From Vicugna vicugna (taxonomy: Eukaryota): 64,000 nucleotides of DNA. Shown here piece by piece: positions 63,660-64,000 of this stretch. The DNA lies in assembly GCA_013265495.1 (NCBI GenBank), contig MU058636.1, positions 8,138,295 to 8,202,294 on the forward strand, in the 5' to 3' direction. Below the pieces are notes generated by a model, which saw only the letters and a program-made list of their open reading frames with translations, did no database searches and was not told the DNA's origin. Position numbers and translations under genes: made by a program. Numbering within the stretch: position 1 is the first letter of the stretch; the number at the start of each line of letters is the position of its first letter.

Positions 63660-64000
63660 AAATTCTCTTTCTTTATTTTGTTACAGAAAATATCTGTATT
63701 TTGCTTTCATTTGGGGGAATATTTCTACTGGTCATTGAATTCTAGATTAGCATTTTTTTGTCAGCATTTAAAAAATGCCATTTTATTGTCTTCTTGATTC
63801 CATGGTGTCATTGGATATTTAGCTGTTAGTCTCGCTGTTGCTTTCCTGGAAATAGTGTGTCTTTTTCTTCTCTGATTGCTTTTAAGTTGTTTTTTCTGTC
63901 TTGGAATTTCAGCAATTTGTTATCAGCTATGATGCGTTTGTGTTTATCTTGCTAGAGGCTTGTTTCTTGAATCTTTGTGTGGCTACATTCTATTAGTTTT
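63660..64000 (-). mobile_element. Old L1/HAL1 ORF1-region remnant, running off the window
   Basis: GAATTCTAGATTAGC...TTATTGTCTTCTTGATTCCATGG...CTCTGATTGCTTTTAAG antisense ORF1-like. Confidence 0.6.

Overview
AT-rich, CpG-depleted eutherian mammalian non-coding DNA (intergenic or deep intronic). A tRNA-Ala-derived SINE with the camelid vic-1-type tail and a young L1 3' UTR suggest a camelid host (alpaca/llama/camel). I find no credible host protein-coding exon or intact RNA gene; the ORF track is explained by L1 ORF2 remnants, microsatellites and chance ORFs. Much of the window is recognisable interspersed repeat: L1 (young to L1ME), L2, MIR, MaLR/ERVL/ERV1 LTRs, an ERV-L gag fossil, and hAT and Tigger elements, with several nested insertions and readable TSDs. 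Repeat family names are from memory of consensus sequences and need RepeatMasker/Dfam confirmation; boundaries of old repeats are approximate. No new biological system is evident. The most notable observations are: a 73-bp duplication bracketing a 46-bp copy of sequence 1.7 kb downstream (template-switch scar); an unidentified 165-bp GC-rich insert in a MIR; a near-full-length L1 collapsed to 1.6 kb between intact TSDs; a 5' tRNA-Ala half ending at the anticodon; two CTCF-like sites with upstream module; and a perfect IR-1/RORE/NBRE composite.
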